Assembly (NCBI GenBank): GCA_965207075.1
Contig: CBDBLO010000002.1
Location: forward strand, 416,001-480,000
Reading direction: 5' to 3'
Length of the DNA stretch: 64,000 nucleotides
DNA from: Nitrosopumilus sp.
Lineage (GTDB): Archaea > Thermoproteota > Nitrososphaeria > Nitrososphaerales > Nitrosopumilaceae
In this document: positions 50,917 through 61,076 of the stretch, one piece after another
Layout of the letters: every line of letters starts with the position of its first letter
Position numbering within the stretch: the stretch's first letter is position 1
The notes under the pieces: generated by a model
Told to the model about the DNA's origin: nothing
Database searches by the model: none
Seen by the model: only the letters and a program-made list of their open reading frames with translations
Position numbers and translations under genes: made by a program

Positions 50917-53322
50917 ATGATGAAGTTAATGGCAGGAGAAAGGGAGCGGAGATGTGGTGGCATGACTGTATCGGCGACAACTACAGCAAGGGCAGCGGCC
51001 GCGACACGCGCGGCGCAGCAGCAGGCTCGCGGCGGCGGCGGTAACAGCAACAGCGGCAGCAATCGCGGTAGCTCTGGCAGCTCCGGCCCCGCTACCCGCG
51101 GCAGGCGCATCGCGACCGGCTTTATGCTGGCCGCCATACTGACTGTAGGACTTGCATCGGCATCCTCCTCCATGCTGCCCCTGCCGGCGGCCCATGCCGA
51201 GTCCGTCACCGCCCTTGACATAGACGGCGACGGCGTCCCAAACTCTTCTGATCAGTGCCCGTTCCTCATGGAGGACTATGACCCGCAGTACGGCGATAAC
51301 ATAGACGGCTGCCCGGCGGACTTTGTGCCGTGGTACGACACCGACGAGGACGGAATACAGGACCACATAGACAACTGCCCTACTGTCAAGGAGACCTACA
51401 ACAGGTTTGCCGACGCCGACGGATGCCCGGACGTCTCCCCCATCACGGCGCCCAGCATGGACATTGACACCGACGGCGACGGGTTCCCGGACTATATCGA
51501 CCTGTGCCCCAACCAGCCGGAGGCGTTCAACGGGCTCAACGATCTGGACGGCTGCCCCGACGACCCGTCGATCGTATTCGACACCGACCGTGACGGGCTG
51601 TCGGACAGCATGGACGACTGCCCGGACTCCCCGGAGACGTACAATAGGTACGAGGACGGTGACGGCTGCCCGGACACGGCGCCCTTTGCGCTGCCCGAGT
51701 ACGAGTTCCCGGACACGGACTCCGACGGGATAGAGGACAGGTGGGACCAGTGCGTCGACGAGCCTGAGAACTACAACGACTACCTTGACTGGGACGGCTG
51801 TCCGGACACGCCGGGTGCGGAGTCCCTCGAGCAGCGGGATGAGGACTACGACGGAATCCCCGACGACGTGGATGAGTGCCCCCTTGAGCGGGAGAACTAC
51901 AACCGCATAGCCGATGACGACGGCTGCCCGGACGTCCTTGAGCTTGGATTCAACGGCGACATTGACCGGGACGGCGTCTCAGACCATGACGATGCCTGCC
52001 CGTTCAACGCGGAGGTATACAACATGTACGAGGACGACGACGGCTGCCCGGACATCGTGGCCTACAAGGCCGCCACCAATATCGTAGACTCGGATTCTGA
52101 CGGCATACCAGACGGCATTGACCTTTGTCCCGTCCAGCCTGAGACCATGAACGGATTCCAAGACCTCGACGGCTGCCCGGACAGCCTGCTCTTGAATGCG
52201 GACACCGACGGTGACGGACTGCTTGATGTAGACGACCTCTGCCCGTCCGAGCAGGAATCCTACAACGGCTTTGAGGATACAGACGGCTGCCCGGACAAGA
52301 CGTCCACGTCGCCCTCCGTGTTTGCGTTTCCCGATATGGACTCCGACGGGATAGATGACAGGTGGGACCAGTGTATAGACGAGCCTGAGAACTACAACGA
52401 CTACCTTGACTGGGACGGCTGCCCGGACATGAGGGCGGCCACCTCCATCATTATACCAGACGGAGATCATGACGGCATACCCGACGAGTCGGACATGTGC
52501 CCCGATGTGGCCGAGCGGTACAACGGGTACCAGGACGAGGACGGCTGCCCCGAGTCAGTCCCCAGTGACTATGTGGGCGATGCCGACTCTGACGGCATCC
52601 CGGACAATGCCGACGAGTGCCCCAACTCCCCGGAGACGTACAACAGGGTGGATGACGACGACGGCTGCCCGGACACGCTTGCCGACAACAAGTCCATATC
52701 TGACACGGACGGTGACGGACTACACGACTCGCTTGACCTCTGCCCGCTGCAGCCGGAGACCGTAAACGGTGTTCTTGATGCCGACGGCTGCCCTGACGAC
52801 CTGCTGACGGTGCTTGATGCCGACTCTGACGGCATCCCGGACAATGCCGACGAGTGCCCCAACTCCCCGGAGACGTACAACAGGGTGGATGACGACGACG
52901 GCTGCCCGGACAGCACGCAGACCGTACTTCCGCAGTACACGTTCCCCGACGTCGACTCTGACGGGGTGGACGACCGGTGGGACCAGTGCGTCGACGAGCC
53001 TGAGAACTACAACGACTACCTTGACTTTGACGGCTGCCCGGACACTCCGGCGGCCGAGTCCGTCACGCCGCTCATGATTGACTCTGACGGCGACGGATAC
53101 GTTGACATGGTCGACATGTGCCCGATCTCGCCTGAGACGTGGAACAAGTACCTAGACTTTGACGGATGCCCCGACTCGGTACCGGAGCAACAGAGGTTCG
53201 GGCACGACATTGATCTTGACGGCATACTGAACGACGCGGACCAGTGCCCGACCGAGCCGGAGGACTATGACGGCTTTGAGGATACAGACGGCTGCCCGGA
53301 TGACGGCAGCGGCGCACCCTGA
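50917..53322 (+). CDS. Thrombospondin type-3 repeat protein 2
   Basis: Same repeat; hydrophobic segment FMLAAILTVGLA after a Gly/Ser-rich leader. Confidence 0.92.
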   Translation: MMKLMAGERERRCGGMTVSATTTARAAAATRAAQQQARGGGGNSNSGSNRGSSGSSGPATRGRRIATGFMLAAILTVGLASASSSMLPLPAAHAESVTALDIDGDGVPNSSDQCPFLMEDYDPQYGDNIDGCPADFVPWYDTDEDGIQDHIDNCPTVKETYNRFADADGCPDVSPITAPSMDIDTDGDGFPDYIDLCPNQPEAFNGLNDLDGCPDDPSIVFDTDRDGLSDSMDDCPDSPETYNRYEDGDGCPDTAPFALPEYEFPDTDSDGIEDRWDQCVDEPENYNDYLDWDGCPDTPGAESLEQRDEDYDGIPDDVDECPLERENYNRIADDDGCPDVLELGFNGDIDRDGVSDHDDACPFNAEVYNMYEDDDGCPDIVAYKAATNIVDSDSDGIPDGIDLCPVQPETMNGFQDLDGCPDSLLLNADTDGDGLLDVDDLCPSEQESYNGFEDTDGCPDKTSTSPSVFAFPDMDSDGIDDRWDQCIDEPENYNDYLDWDGCPDMRAATSIIIPDGDHDGIPDESDMCPDVAERYNGYQDEDGCPESVPSDYVGDADSDGIPDNADECPNSPETYNRVDDDDGCPDTLADNKSISDTDGDGLHDSLDLCPLQPETVNGVLDADGCPDDLLTVLDADSDGIPDNADECPNSPETYNRVDDDDGCPDSTQTVLPQYTFPDVDSDGVDDRWDQCVDEPENYNDYLDFDGCPDTPAAESVTPLMIDSDGDGYVDMVDMCPISPETWNKYLDFDGCPDSVPEQQRFGHDIDLDGILNDADQCPTEPEDYDGFEDTDGCPDDGSGAP

Positions 53323-53498
53323 CCTGCCTGCCGCCTCTGGATGCTGGCTGTCGCGGCAGCGGCCGAAATGAACTTCATAAATGGCCCGCCACGGGCCGAC
53401 GCAAGTGGTTCTTGGCGATGATTGCGTGGCGGCGGCATGCGCCGTCACGCGTTTTGTCGATCAGGCCGCGATGATTCATCACGATACTTAATAAACAC

Positions 53499-56384
53499 GT
53501 GATAACGAGAGATGTTGTTGGAGATATGCATTCCCTAGGCATTCCTATAACAATGATCATTTTAATCCTGAGCATTGGAATGCTCCCTTCCGGCGTCGAC
53601 ACCGCGTACGCAAACCAGGACGTAGACACGGACAGGGACGGCGTCCCGGACGCGCTGGACCACTGCCCCCACCTGCCTGAGGACTACGATCCTCAGTACG
53701 GCCATAACATAGACGGCTGTCCGGCGGACTTTGTGCCGTGGTACGACACCGACGAGGACGGGATACAGGACCATCTGGACGGCTGCCCCACCCTGAAGGA
53801 GACCTACAACAACATATCTGACCAAGACGGCTGCCCCGACCAGCTGCCGGGACAGGGCCCGTTCTCCATTGCGGACGCGGACTCTGACGGATATCCTGAC
53901 TTTATGGACCTGTGTCCGCACCAGCCGGAGACCTTCAACGGGGTCGACGACCGCGACGGGTGCCCGGACGACCTGCGAGAGGTTACCGACCGCGACCAGG
54001 ACGGGATATCCGACTCGCTCGACCTCTGCCCGCTGCAGCCGGAGGTGTACAACTTTGTCGCCGACGAGGACGGCTGCCCCGACGCCGTGCCCGACGGGCA
54101 GCCCAACCCGTACCAGTTCCCCGACGTCGACGGCGACGGCATAGACGACAGGTGGGACCAGTGCCCGTCAGAACCCGAGAACTACAACGGCGTGCTTGAC
54201 TGGGACGGGTGCGTGGACAGGCCGGGCTCGGAATCAAACCCGGTCGTCGACTCTGACTATGACTCCATACCGGACGGGGAGGACCAGTGCCCGACTGAGC
54301 GCGAAAACTACAACAAGTTCCAGGACGACGACGGCTGCCCCGACTCTCCGCAGATCTCGATATCCGGCGACGCCGACTATGACGGGGTGAGGGACGCCGC
54401 GGACAAGTGCCCGTTTGCGCGCGAGGTGTACAACATGTTCCAGGACGACGACGGCTGCCCCGACTCGCTGTATGACGCGAGGCCGGCGTACGACTCGGAC
54501 GGCGACACGATAATTGACGCGATTGACCTGTGCCCCAACCAGCCGGAGACCGTAAACGGATATCTTGACACGGACGGCTGCCCCGACTCGATTGACGCGA
54601 GCGCCGACGCGGATTCAGACGGGATACCCGACTCTGCCGACGCGTGCGCGACGGAGCCTGAGACCTACAACCACTTTCAGGACGACGACGGCTGCCCCGA
54701 CGCGCTCGGCACTGCAGTCTCACCAGGCGCCACCGCAACCTCGGCGTTCATACTTGCCGACGCGGATTCAGACGGGATAGACGACAGGTGGGACCAGTGC
54801 CCGTCAGAACCCGAGAACTACAACGGCGTGCTTGACTCAGACGGCTGCCCCGAGGTGCCCGGCGTGTCCGGCACGGGGGTGGTGGACAGCGACTTTGACC
54901 TGATACCAGACGCGATCGACAGGTGCCCGCTCCTGGCAGAACGGTACAACGGCTTTGAGGATGCGGACGGCTGTCCGGACACCGTTCAGCATGTTGCGAC
55001 CGGCGACGCCGACTACGACCTGGTGCCTGATGGCGTGGACCAGTGTCCTAACGCAAGGGAGACGTACAACCGCTACCAGGACGACGACGGCTGCCCCGAC
55101 GCGATATATGACGCGAGGCCGGCGTACGACTCGGACGGCGACACGATAATTGACGCGATTGACCTGTGCCCCAACCAGCCGGAGACCGTAAACGGATATC
55201 TTGACACGGACGGCTGCCCCGACTCGCTTGGCGCGAGCGCCGACGCGGATTCAGACGGGATACCCGACTCTGCCGACGCGTGCGCGACGGAGCCTGAGAC
55301 CTACAACCACTTTCAGGACGACGACGGCTGCCCCGACGCGCTCGGCACTGTAGTCTCCCCCGGAGTCATAACCACGTCGTTCATACTTGCCGACGCGGAT
55401 TCAGACGGGATAGACGACAGGTGGGACCAGTGCCCGTCAGAACCCGAGAACTACAACGGCGTGCTTGACTCAGACGGCTGCCCCGAGGTGCCCGGCGTGT
55501 CCGGCACGGGGGTGGTGGACAGCGACTTTGACCTGATACCAAACAGGAGTGACGCATGCCCGTTCCTGCCGGAACGGTACAACGGCTTTGAGGATACGGA
55601 CGGCTGCCCGGACATCATACAGTATGCCGCCCCGGTCGGCGACGCCGACTACGACCTGGTGCCTGACAATATAGATCAGTGTCCGAACGCAAGGGAAACG
55701 TACAACCGCTACCAGGATGCGGACGGCTGCCCCGACGGGGTACCCGACTCTAGAACCATTGTAGACAGCGACGGCGACGGACTCTATGACGTGATCGACT
55801 CATGCCCCAACCAGCCGGAGACCGTAAACGGCGTGCTTGACAGGGACGGCTGCCCCGACCAGATGCTGTCTGCGCACGATGCCGACTACGACGGCATCCC
55901 TGACAGCGCCGACGCATGCCCGATCGAGCCCGAGGTGTACAACCTCATTGACGATACCGACGGCTGCCCCGACACGGCTGCCGTCCAGACCCCCACTGAG
56001 ATGGCCCTGCCTGACGCCGACGGCGACCTCATACACGACGCCAGGGACAACTGCCCCGACGAGCCGGAGAACCTCAACGACTACCTTGACTGGGACGGCT
56101 GCCCCGACGTGAGGCCGGTTCTGAGCCCGATCCTCGACAGGCCCGACAGCGACGGCGACGGATACTTGGATGACGCGGACCTGTGTCCGACAAGCCCCGA
56201 GGTGTGGAACAAGTACAACGACCATGACGGCTGCCCCGACACGGCCCCCGAGCAGCAGAGGTTCGGGCACGACAATGATCTTGACGGCATACCGGACGGA
56301 GAGGACCAGTGCCCGGCCGAGCCGGAGGACTATGACGGCTTTGAGGATACGGACGGCTGCCCCGACGCGGCGGCTACCGGCTGA
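53499..56384 (+). CDS. Thrombospondin type-3 repeat protein 3
   Basis: Same repeat; signal-like ITMIILILSIG; ~636-bp internal duplication. Confidence 0.92.
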   Translation: MITRDVVGDMHSLGIPITMIILILSIGMLPSGVDTAYANQDVDTDRDGVPDALDHCPHLPEDYDPQYGHNIDGCPADFVPWYDTDEDGIQDHLDGCPTLKETYNNISDQDGCPDQLPGQGPFSIADADSDGYPDFMDLCPHQPETFNGVDDRDGCPDDLREVTDRDQDGISDSLDLCPLQPEVYNFVADEDGCPDAVPDGQPNPYQFPDVDGDGIDDRWDQCPSEPENYNGVLDWDGCVDRPGSESNPVVDSDYDSIPDGEDQCPTERENYNKFQDDDGCPDSPQISISGDADYDGVRDAADKCPFAREVYNMFQDDDGCPDSLYDARPAYDSDGDTIIDAIDLCPNQPETVNGYLDTDGCPDSIDASADADSDGIPDSADACATEPETYNHFQDDDGCPDALGTAVSPGATATSAFILADADSDGIDDRWDQCPSEPENYNGVLDSDGCPEVPGVSGTGVVDSDFDLIPDAIDRCPLLAERYNGFEDADGCPDTVQHVATGDADYDLVPDGVDQCPNARETYNRYQDDDGCPDAIYDARPAYDSDGDTIIDAIDLCPNQPETVNGYLDTDGCPDSLGASADADSDGIPDSADACATEPETYNHFQDDDGCPDALGTVVSPGVITTSFILADADSDGIDDRWDQCPSEPENYNGVLDSDGCPEVPGVSGTGVVDSDFDLIPNRSDACPFLPERYNGFEDTDGCPDIIQYAAPVGDADYDLVPDNIDQCPNARETYNRYQDADGCPDGVPDSRTIVDSDGDGLYDVIDSCPNQPETVNGVLDRDGCPDQMLSAHDADYDGIPDSADACPIEPEVYNLIDDTDGCPDTAAVQTPTEMALPDADGDLIHDARDNCPDEPENLNDYLDWDGCPDVRPVLSPILDRPDSDGDGYLDDADLCPTSPEVWNKYNDHDGCPDTAPEQQRFGHDNDLDGIPDGEDQCPAEPEDYDGFEDTDGCPDAAATG

Positions 56385-56441
56385 GCGAGAGCGTCAGGCC
56401 CTGAAATAATCTAGATATACCTTTTGGGCATCCGTTTTTTC

Positions 56442-57422
56442 ATGCTTCCGCGCTTCTCCGGCAGGGCGTTTCTCGCCCCGATGGCCGGCGTAAGCGATCC
56501 GGCCCTCCGGCTGCAGTGCCGAAGGATGGGAGCCGCCCTCGTGGTGACGGAGTTTACCAGCATACACAGCGTTGTGGCAAAGCAGGAGCAGCTTGCAGGG
56601 GAAGGCCGGACGATACGGGAGTTTCTGGAGTATTCAGACGAGGAGCGCCCGCTCTCCGTCCAGCTTTTCGGCTCCGACCTCGAGGCGCTTGCAAAGGCCG
56701 CCAGGATCGTAGAGCCGCACTTTGACATCATAGACTACAACATGGGGTGCCCGGCGCCGCACATAACAAGCCAGATGGCCGGCGGGGCCCTTCTTCAGGA
56801 GGCGGACCTGACGCGCCAGATATTCCAGACGCTTACCGGCGCGGCGGGGGGCAGGACCCCCGTCACGCTAAAGGTCAGGGCCGGCGTGACTGAGTCGGAC
56901 CGGTTCCTGTTCCTGGAGGTGGCAAGGATCGCCGAGGACGAGGGGGTCGAGATGATAACGCTGCACCCGCGTACGGTCAGCCAGGGGTATTCGGGCAGGG
57001 CCGACTGGGACATGATCAGGATGCTCAAGGAGAGGTCGGACGTCCCCGTAGTGGGCAACGGCGACATCGCAACGCCGGAGGATGCAAAGGCCATGATTGA
57101 CCGGACCGGATGCGACTATGTCATGGTCGGGCGCGGGGCGATGGGAAACCCGTTTCTTTTTGAGCAGATAAACGACTATCTGGACACGGGCTCGTACTCT
57201 GCGTATACGCTTGAGGATCGACTGGACGCGTTCTTTGAGTATCTCCGCATCGCAGCGAACTACCGGATCCGCTTTGCCAACATAAAGGGGCAGGCAATGA
57301 GGTTCACAAAAGGGCTGCGCAACGGTGCCACGATGCGCTCCAGGATAACCCAATCAGAAGGCATAGACCAGCTGGCCGACGTGATGAGCAACGGCATTCG
57401 GGCCGTCTGCGCGGCGGGCTGA
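56442..57422 (+). CDS. dus: tRNA-dihydrouridine synthase
   Basis: LAPMAGVSD, VQLFG, D.NMGCP, LH.RT, V.GNGDI, MVGRGA.GNP. Confidence 0.93.
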   Translation: MLPRFSGRAFLAPMAGVSDPALRLQCRRMGAALVVTEFTSIHSVVAKQEQLAGEGRTIREFLEYSDEERPLSVQLFGSDLEALAKAARIVEPHFDIIDYNMGCPAPHITSQMAGGALLQEADLTRQIFQTLTGAAGGRTPVTLKVRAGVTESDRFLFLEVARIAEDEGVEMITLHPRTVSQGYSGRADWDMIRMLKERSDVPVVGNGDIATPEDAKAMIDRTGCDYVMVGRGAMGNPFLFEQINDYLDTGSYSAYTLEDRLDAFFEYLRIAANYRIRFANIKGQAMRFTKGLRNGATMRSRITQSEGIDQLADVMSNGIRAVCAAG

Positions 57423-57545
57423 CGCGTGGGCGTCCGCCCCTTCTTAATAAGTACATATAAACTACCGCCAGCCGTATTTTCGAGAGAACCGTACTGGCCA
57501 ATCTTATATAATTGGGGGTTTCTATAGATGTATGATTAATGGAGG

Positions 57546-57794
57546 ATGCGCATAATGGCCACGGCCTACGTCCTGATAAACTGCGAGCTGGGGTCAGAAG
57601 AGGCTGTCATAAACGAGCTGAAATCCATAGAGGGTGTCGTAGAAGTGCACGGCACCTTTGGCGCGTACGACATTCTGGCCAAGGTGGAGTCGTCCTTGGT
57701 TGAGGCCCTGCGTGAGACCATCACTTGGAAGATTAGAAAGATTCCAAAGATTAGGTCCACCCTGACGCTGATGGGAATCGAGGGCCAGCAATAG
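57546..57794 (+). CDS. Stand-alone Lrp/AsnC ligand-binding domain protein
   Basis: AYVLIN...G.YDI..KV...IR....RST.TL. Confidence 0.9.
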   Translation: MRIMATAYVLINCELGSEEAVINELKSIEGVVEVHGTFGAYDILAKVESSLVEALRETITWKIRKIPKIRSTLTLMGIEGQQ

Positions 57795-57952
57795 ATTCAA
57801 CCGCGCCCACATCTTCCTTTTTTGGGTTTTCGGGGGCGCCCTTGCACCCCATGTCTTGTCTGGCTTGCCGCGCATCAGGCCCTGCCGGGCATGCGCCGTG
57901 CGGCAGCCTGGCGCGGCAGGCGGGCGGCCATGTGTGCGGCCAAAAAAAATGG

Positions 57953-58294
57953 TCAGAGGGCCTGCTCGCCGCTCTTTTTTGTTGTGATGTTCAGCACGCT
58001 GTCGACATCTGTCACCACTATGATTCCGTCACCCGGGCTTCCCGTATATGCAGCCCCTGCTATCACGTCTGAGATTCTTGGGACGTCCGCGTCGGGGACG
58101 ATGGTGGCTATGGACACGACCTCGTTATAGTCGGCAGTCATCGAGCCGGTCCCCCTTCCCATCTTGACAGTCTGCCTCTTGCTTGAGCCGCGGCCCCTTC
58201 CCTCGGTGATGGTGAAGCCTCCGACTATGTCGTTAATGGCGTCCACGACCGCGTTCTTCCTGCTGGCCGGGACGGTTGCCGTGATCTGCTTCAT
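57953..58294 (-). CDS. P-II family nitrogen regulatory protein
   Basis: G.TI...GRG T-loop; AYTG.PGDG.I.V; SGEQAL. Confidence 0.9.
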   Translation of the reverse strand: MKQITATVPASRKNAVVDAINDIVGGFTITEGRGRGSSKRQTVKMGRGTGSMTADYNEVVSIATIVPDADVPRISDVIAGAAYTGSPGDGIIVVTDVDSVLNITTKKSGEQAL

Positions 58295-58470
58295 TGGGTA
58301 TCGCCTCCTGCATGTTTATAAAAAACTTGGGTATTGCGGCCGCGGCGCCGGAGTGGCTTGCTGGCCCTGCTCCAATCCGGCCCGGCCTAGTACCTGATGG
58401 ACGCACGGGGGCGGTATTCGCACCCCCGCCATCGCCGCCGCACGCCCCACATTGCATGCATAAATAACGC

Positions 58471-59346
58471 GTGTCTGATAGGAGACTGATGGCCGAGGCT
58501 ATGGTTGACGACGTAAAGAAGCTGCTTGATGGTGATTTTGGGGACGACAGAATCCTCAAGGACATCTACCGGGCGTGCAAGAACGGCGAGGTTATCAGCA
58601 ACTATGAGAGAAAATACGTGCGTGATCTGACGGAGCGCTATCTGAAGCCGAACCCGCTGGAGGACGCCTCGGCCCCGGCGCCTGACAAGGGCGTGACTCC
58701 GGACGTCGTACTGCCAGAGAAGGCAAGAGCCCAGGCGGAGGGCGCCCCCGGCGCATACGGGACGCATGCGTCGCCACCACCGCCGGATCCGCGCCACCGC
58801 GATCATCGTGGCCATTATGCGCAGCTGCAGCAGCAGCAGCAACAGCAGGACCGTAGCCCGGACGAAGGCGGCGAATCCGTGCGGCTCATACACTCCACTA
58901 CCAGAAAGACCGGCGGCTCCAAGGGCAAGATCGTCGCCATTTTGGCGGGAGTCATAATCGTTGCGATAGTGGCAGCCGCCGCGGCCGCGCTCCTGACGTC
59001 TGATAATGGCAGCGGCCCTGTGGGTGTTACAGTCGGGAACGGCGTCACTGTGGATCCTCCGGCGCCCGGGGAGTTCTCCGTAAGGACGGATCTTGAAAGC
59101 TACGCCGGAGGGGATCTAATATCTCTCAGCGGGTGGTCAGGTGAAGACGGACCCGTCAGCCTCTCGATTGAGAACCCGTCAGACTCCGTAGTCTGGCGTG
59201 AGTCGGTCCGGGTAGGCGGGGACGGCACGTACTCCACGCTTACCATAGCCGGCATAAGCGGCGGCTGGGCCGAGTCCGGAACCTTTGTTGTCCGCGCCGA
59301 CAACGGTGTGGATGAGGCCGAGTCGGAGTTCAGACTTGAAAACTAA
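58471..59346 (+). CDS. Single-pass membrane protein with C-terminal Ig-like domain
   Basis: TM segment IVAILAGVIIVAIV; VRTD..SY..GD.I..SG pattern; polyQ linker. Confidence 0.75.
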   Translation: MSDRRLMAEAMVDDVKKLLDGDFGDDRILKDIYRACKNGEVISNYERKYVRDLTERYLKPNPLEDASAPAPDKGVTPDVVLPEKARAQAEGAPGAYGTHASPPPPDPRHRDHRGHYAQLQQQQQQQDRSPDEGGESVRLIHSTTRKTGGSKGKIVAILAGVIIVAIVAAAAAALLTSDNGSGPVGVTVGNGVTVDPPAPGEFSVRTDLESYAGGDLISLSGWSGEDGPVSLSIENPSDSVVWRESVRVGGDGTYSTLTIAGISGGWAESGTFVVRADNGVDEAESEFRLEN

Positions 59347-59382
59347 CCGTACCGCCAGGACGCGCCCGCTAACTGTCTGCGT

Positions 59383-59625
59383 TCATCTGTGGCAGCAGTT
59401 GCCCTCTGCGTCCCTGTACAGTATGTAGTACTCCTCTGGACTGTCCCGGGAATTCTTGGCGTCTAGCGCGTCCTGATATCTGTCATAATGCCTTATCTCG
59501 TACAGCTCGCCCCTGACGTCTGCCAGCCGGTCGATCCCAACAAGGCAGAACCCGGAGTCCGGCGTGAGCTTTTCGCGCTGCCTTTGCAACCGAACCCGAT
59601 CTGGGCCGCCGCCGTCAGGCCCCAT
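59383..59625 (-). CDS. Small hypothetical protein
   Basis: GF.LVGID....GE.LY...Y..Y.DA pattern; start uncertain. Confidence 0.55.
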   Translation of the reverse strand: MGPDGGGPDRVRLQRQREKLTPDSGFCLVGIDRLADVRGELYEIRHYDRYQDALDAKNSRDSPEEYYILYRDAEGNCCHR

Positions 59626-59739
59626 CGCAGGCCGCCCCCTTCAAAGAGACGCGGCGCCGCAGACCCTCTTTCATTTGTGCGATGCGCGCATGGCTCCTGT
59701 TGCAATCCGCGTAGTCCATTGTGGCACCCGTTACTGACG

Positions 59740-60303
59740 TTACTGCTCGTATATCATCAGGTTTTTTTCCTCAAGCAGCGCGTGCAGGTTGTGCACCGAC
59801 CGGTACACGTCGGTCTCCTTTTTGGCCCCAGTGCAGACCAGCTTGCCTGATGCAAACAGCAGTATCACGGTCTTGGGATCCAGCATGCGGTGTATGAGTC
59901 CTGGGAACTGCTCGGGTTCGTACATGCTGCGCGGCAGCGTCCTTGCGGCCTTTTCCAGGTGGATCTTGCCGCCGAGGTTGATTGCCGCCACTATGTTCTG
60001 CACGGTTATGACGGCGTCCTTTTTTATCTTGATCTTGCCCCTCCGGAGCCTCTGCACCACCGTGTTGACCGCCTTTATGGACATCTCCTCTGACTTTGCC
60101 CCGGTGCAGACCATCTTGCCCGTCCTGAATATCAGCGTGGCCGTGCGCGGGTTGTTGAGCCTGAATACCAGCCCGGGGAACTGTTCTGGATGGTACTCGG
60201 TGTCCGGAAACTTCTTCGTAATCTCGTTGAGATCGATCTTCTGGTCGACTGATGCCGAGGCCACGACGTTCTCTACGCTCACGACAGGCTTTGTCTGGGG
60301 CAC
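59740..60303 (-). CDS. tbp: TATA-box-binding protein
   Basis: Two repeats of N.VA...Y.PEQFPGL..R...P....LF..GK.VCTGAK. Confidence 0.97.
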   Translation of the reverse strand: MPQTKPVVSVENVVASASVDQKIDLNEITKKFPDTEYHPEQFPGLVFRLNNPRTATLIFRTGKMVCTGAKSEEMSIKAVNTVVQRLRRGKIKIKKDAVITVQNIVAAINLGGKIHLEKAARTLPRSMYEPEQFPGLIHRMLDPKTVILLFASGKLVCTGAKKETDVYRSVHNLHALLEEKNLMIYEQ

Positions 60304-60513
60304 AAAAAGCCTTTTTAAGCCTCATATATATACTAGACATTTTGGTGGCTGCCCATTCAGGCCGAAGTGCTGCCTAAAATTTCAAAACCCGGGGGCGCGT
60401 CGGTCTTCTTGTACAAACCGCCGGCATCCGGCACATGCCGGCGCCGCCTGCAGAGAAACCGACGCTGGGTCGGACCGCGGTGCGTATTGCGCACCTGCGC
60501 CTTCTGGCGCCGT

Positions 60514-60987
60514 TCAGTGGTGCCCCACCAGGCGGTAGCGGTGCTCCTCGTCGATTATCTCTGCAAGCGCTGCGCCGTCGGGACTTCCTGCCATGTCCGG
60601 CAGCCTGGCGTTAAAGAACCCGAGGCCTCCCTTGTACGGGATCGGTATCCTAAACGCCTTTGGAGACTCCAGCAGGAACCCGTACCTGTGACCCCTCTCG
60701 AGTTCTGGCCCCGTCACTGCGGCATGGTGTCTGGCTCGGTCCCTCCTCAGTTCTGCCGCGGTCTCGTATCTTGTGACGTCGTAGATCGTCGCCTTGCCTA
60801 TGATTGCGCCCGTCGCCAGCGAGTCCGGCCTCATGCCGAGCCTCCTGCAGTCTGGGATGCGCACCCTTTGCGGGGAGTGCACCAGAAACTCGCCGCGGAA
60901 TCTGGTGTTCCAGCCGCGCAGCTCGACTGTCTTCTTGCCGCGTACGATGAGGTCCGCAAAGGGCTGGCAGATTGACAGGCATTTCAT
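60514..60987 (-). CDS. ASCH domain protein
   Basis: LSI.QPFA.LIV.GKK.VELR.W; GAIIG; IP.KG.LG.F. Confidence 0.88.
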   Translation of the reverse strand: MKCLSICQPFADLIVRGKKTVELRGWNTRFRGEFLVHSPQRVRIPDCRRLGMRPDSLATGAIIGKATIYDVTRYETAAELRRDRARHHAAVTGPELERGHRYGFLLESPKAFRIPIPYKGGLGFFNARLPDMAGSPDGAALAEIIDEEHRYRLVGHH

Positions 60988-61076
60988 GGCCGTGTAAGCG
61001 GCGGTATGCATATAATCATGGCGCCGACGGTCGCGGTGTCGGCTGCGTGCGTACCGGCACGGTGTCTGGCGCGGCC

